Origin: Oopsacas minuta
Lineage: Eukaryota; Animalia; Porifera
NCBI GenBank assembly: GCA_024704765.1
Contig: JAKMXF010000199.1
Location: 186,001 to 250,000 of the forward strand
Length of the DNA stretch: 64,000 bases
Direction: 5' to 3'
Part shown: piece after piece, positions 63,531 to 64,000 of the stretch
Position numbering within the stretch: the first letter of the stretch is position 1
Layout: each line of letters opens with the position of its first letter
The notes under the pieces: model-generated
Told to the model about the DNA's origin: nothing
Database searches by the model: none
Seen by the model: the letters and a program-made list of their open reading frames with translations, nothing else
Program-made: the position numbers and the translations under genes

Positions 63531-63941
63531 TCTCAATGCCTTTTGGAAAGTGCTAACAGAAAGAAGGGAAAGATCTTGTTGTTCTTCGGCATATCTCTCT
63601 AAATATACATACACAAGTTTTCTAATCTCAGTATTTTTGGAAACAACATTCTTGACAACGGCTGCAAATAGTTCAGAACAATTTTGACCTCGGGCTACCA
63701 TTTCTATTATCCTACGCATCGCCTCAAGCTTCAGGGATTCCTTATTGTTATCTAATAGCCTACGGAGTTCATCAAACTTGCGATAATTTTGAGAAAGAAA
63801 TGAGGTAGGGTCTGTACCAGGTAAACTGTAATTGCTAGATCGACGATTATCAAAGTTTGGTCCAAATCCAACCGAAGATAATTTCGGATCGGGACTAATA
63901 CCAACATCAGAGGCATTGTAACCAGAATTAGCAGTAGACAT
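63531..63941 (-). CDS. AP3B1: AP-3 complex subunit beta, exon 1 of 3
   Basis: ATG at 63941 (MSTANSG...); [64 protein letters not shown]; donor GTCAGT at 63530 (phase 0). The three exons sum to 3153 nt = 1050 aa plus stop. Confidence 0.95.
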
Positions 63942-64000
63942 TGACAAAAACACAAATCTAAAGATAAAATATCAATATTTACAATATCAGAGATATATTA

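Noticed and set aside
63441-63953. 170-aa ORF as a stand-alone gene (likewise 42141-42950 and 28124-29773)
   Set aside because: They are exons of one AP-3 beta gene; the ORF-track start at 63953 is a GTG upstream of the ATG at 63941, and the tail after 63531 is intron read-through.

Overview
AT-rich eukaryotic (invertebrate-like, intron-poor) genomic window with one host gene and very dense transposon content. The gene is a minus-strand AP-3 adaptor complex beta subunit in three exons (63941-63531, 43010-42145, 29999-28124; 3153 nt, 1050 aa), split by transposon-filled introns of 20.5 kb and 12.1 kb. Bases 1-28000 are a nested transposon graveyard: a P/THAP9-like element interrupted by a full-length Ty3/Gypsy retrotransposon, a Transib/Chapaev-like remnant, Tc1, FAR1-type and FLYWCH-type MULEs, Chapaev3 and Buster-type hAT elements. 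Two observations stand out. (1) Intron 2 holds an apparently perfect 2 x 1306 bp tail-to-tail inverted duplication of a dead MULE transposase gene with a 21-bp spacer, nested MULE-in-Chapaev3. It would be transcribed with the host pre-mRNA into a long hairpin, a 'Mu killer'-like silencing-locus candidate; an assembly artefact must be excluded. (2) The Gypsy element has no recognisable tRNA primer-binding site; its PBS position is a 14-nt exact complement of a sequence inside its own LTR, the geometry of Tf1-type self-priming. No rRNA, tRNA or CRISPR array was seen. All alignments and identities were read by eye.
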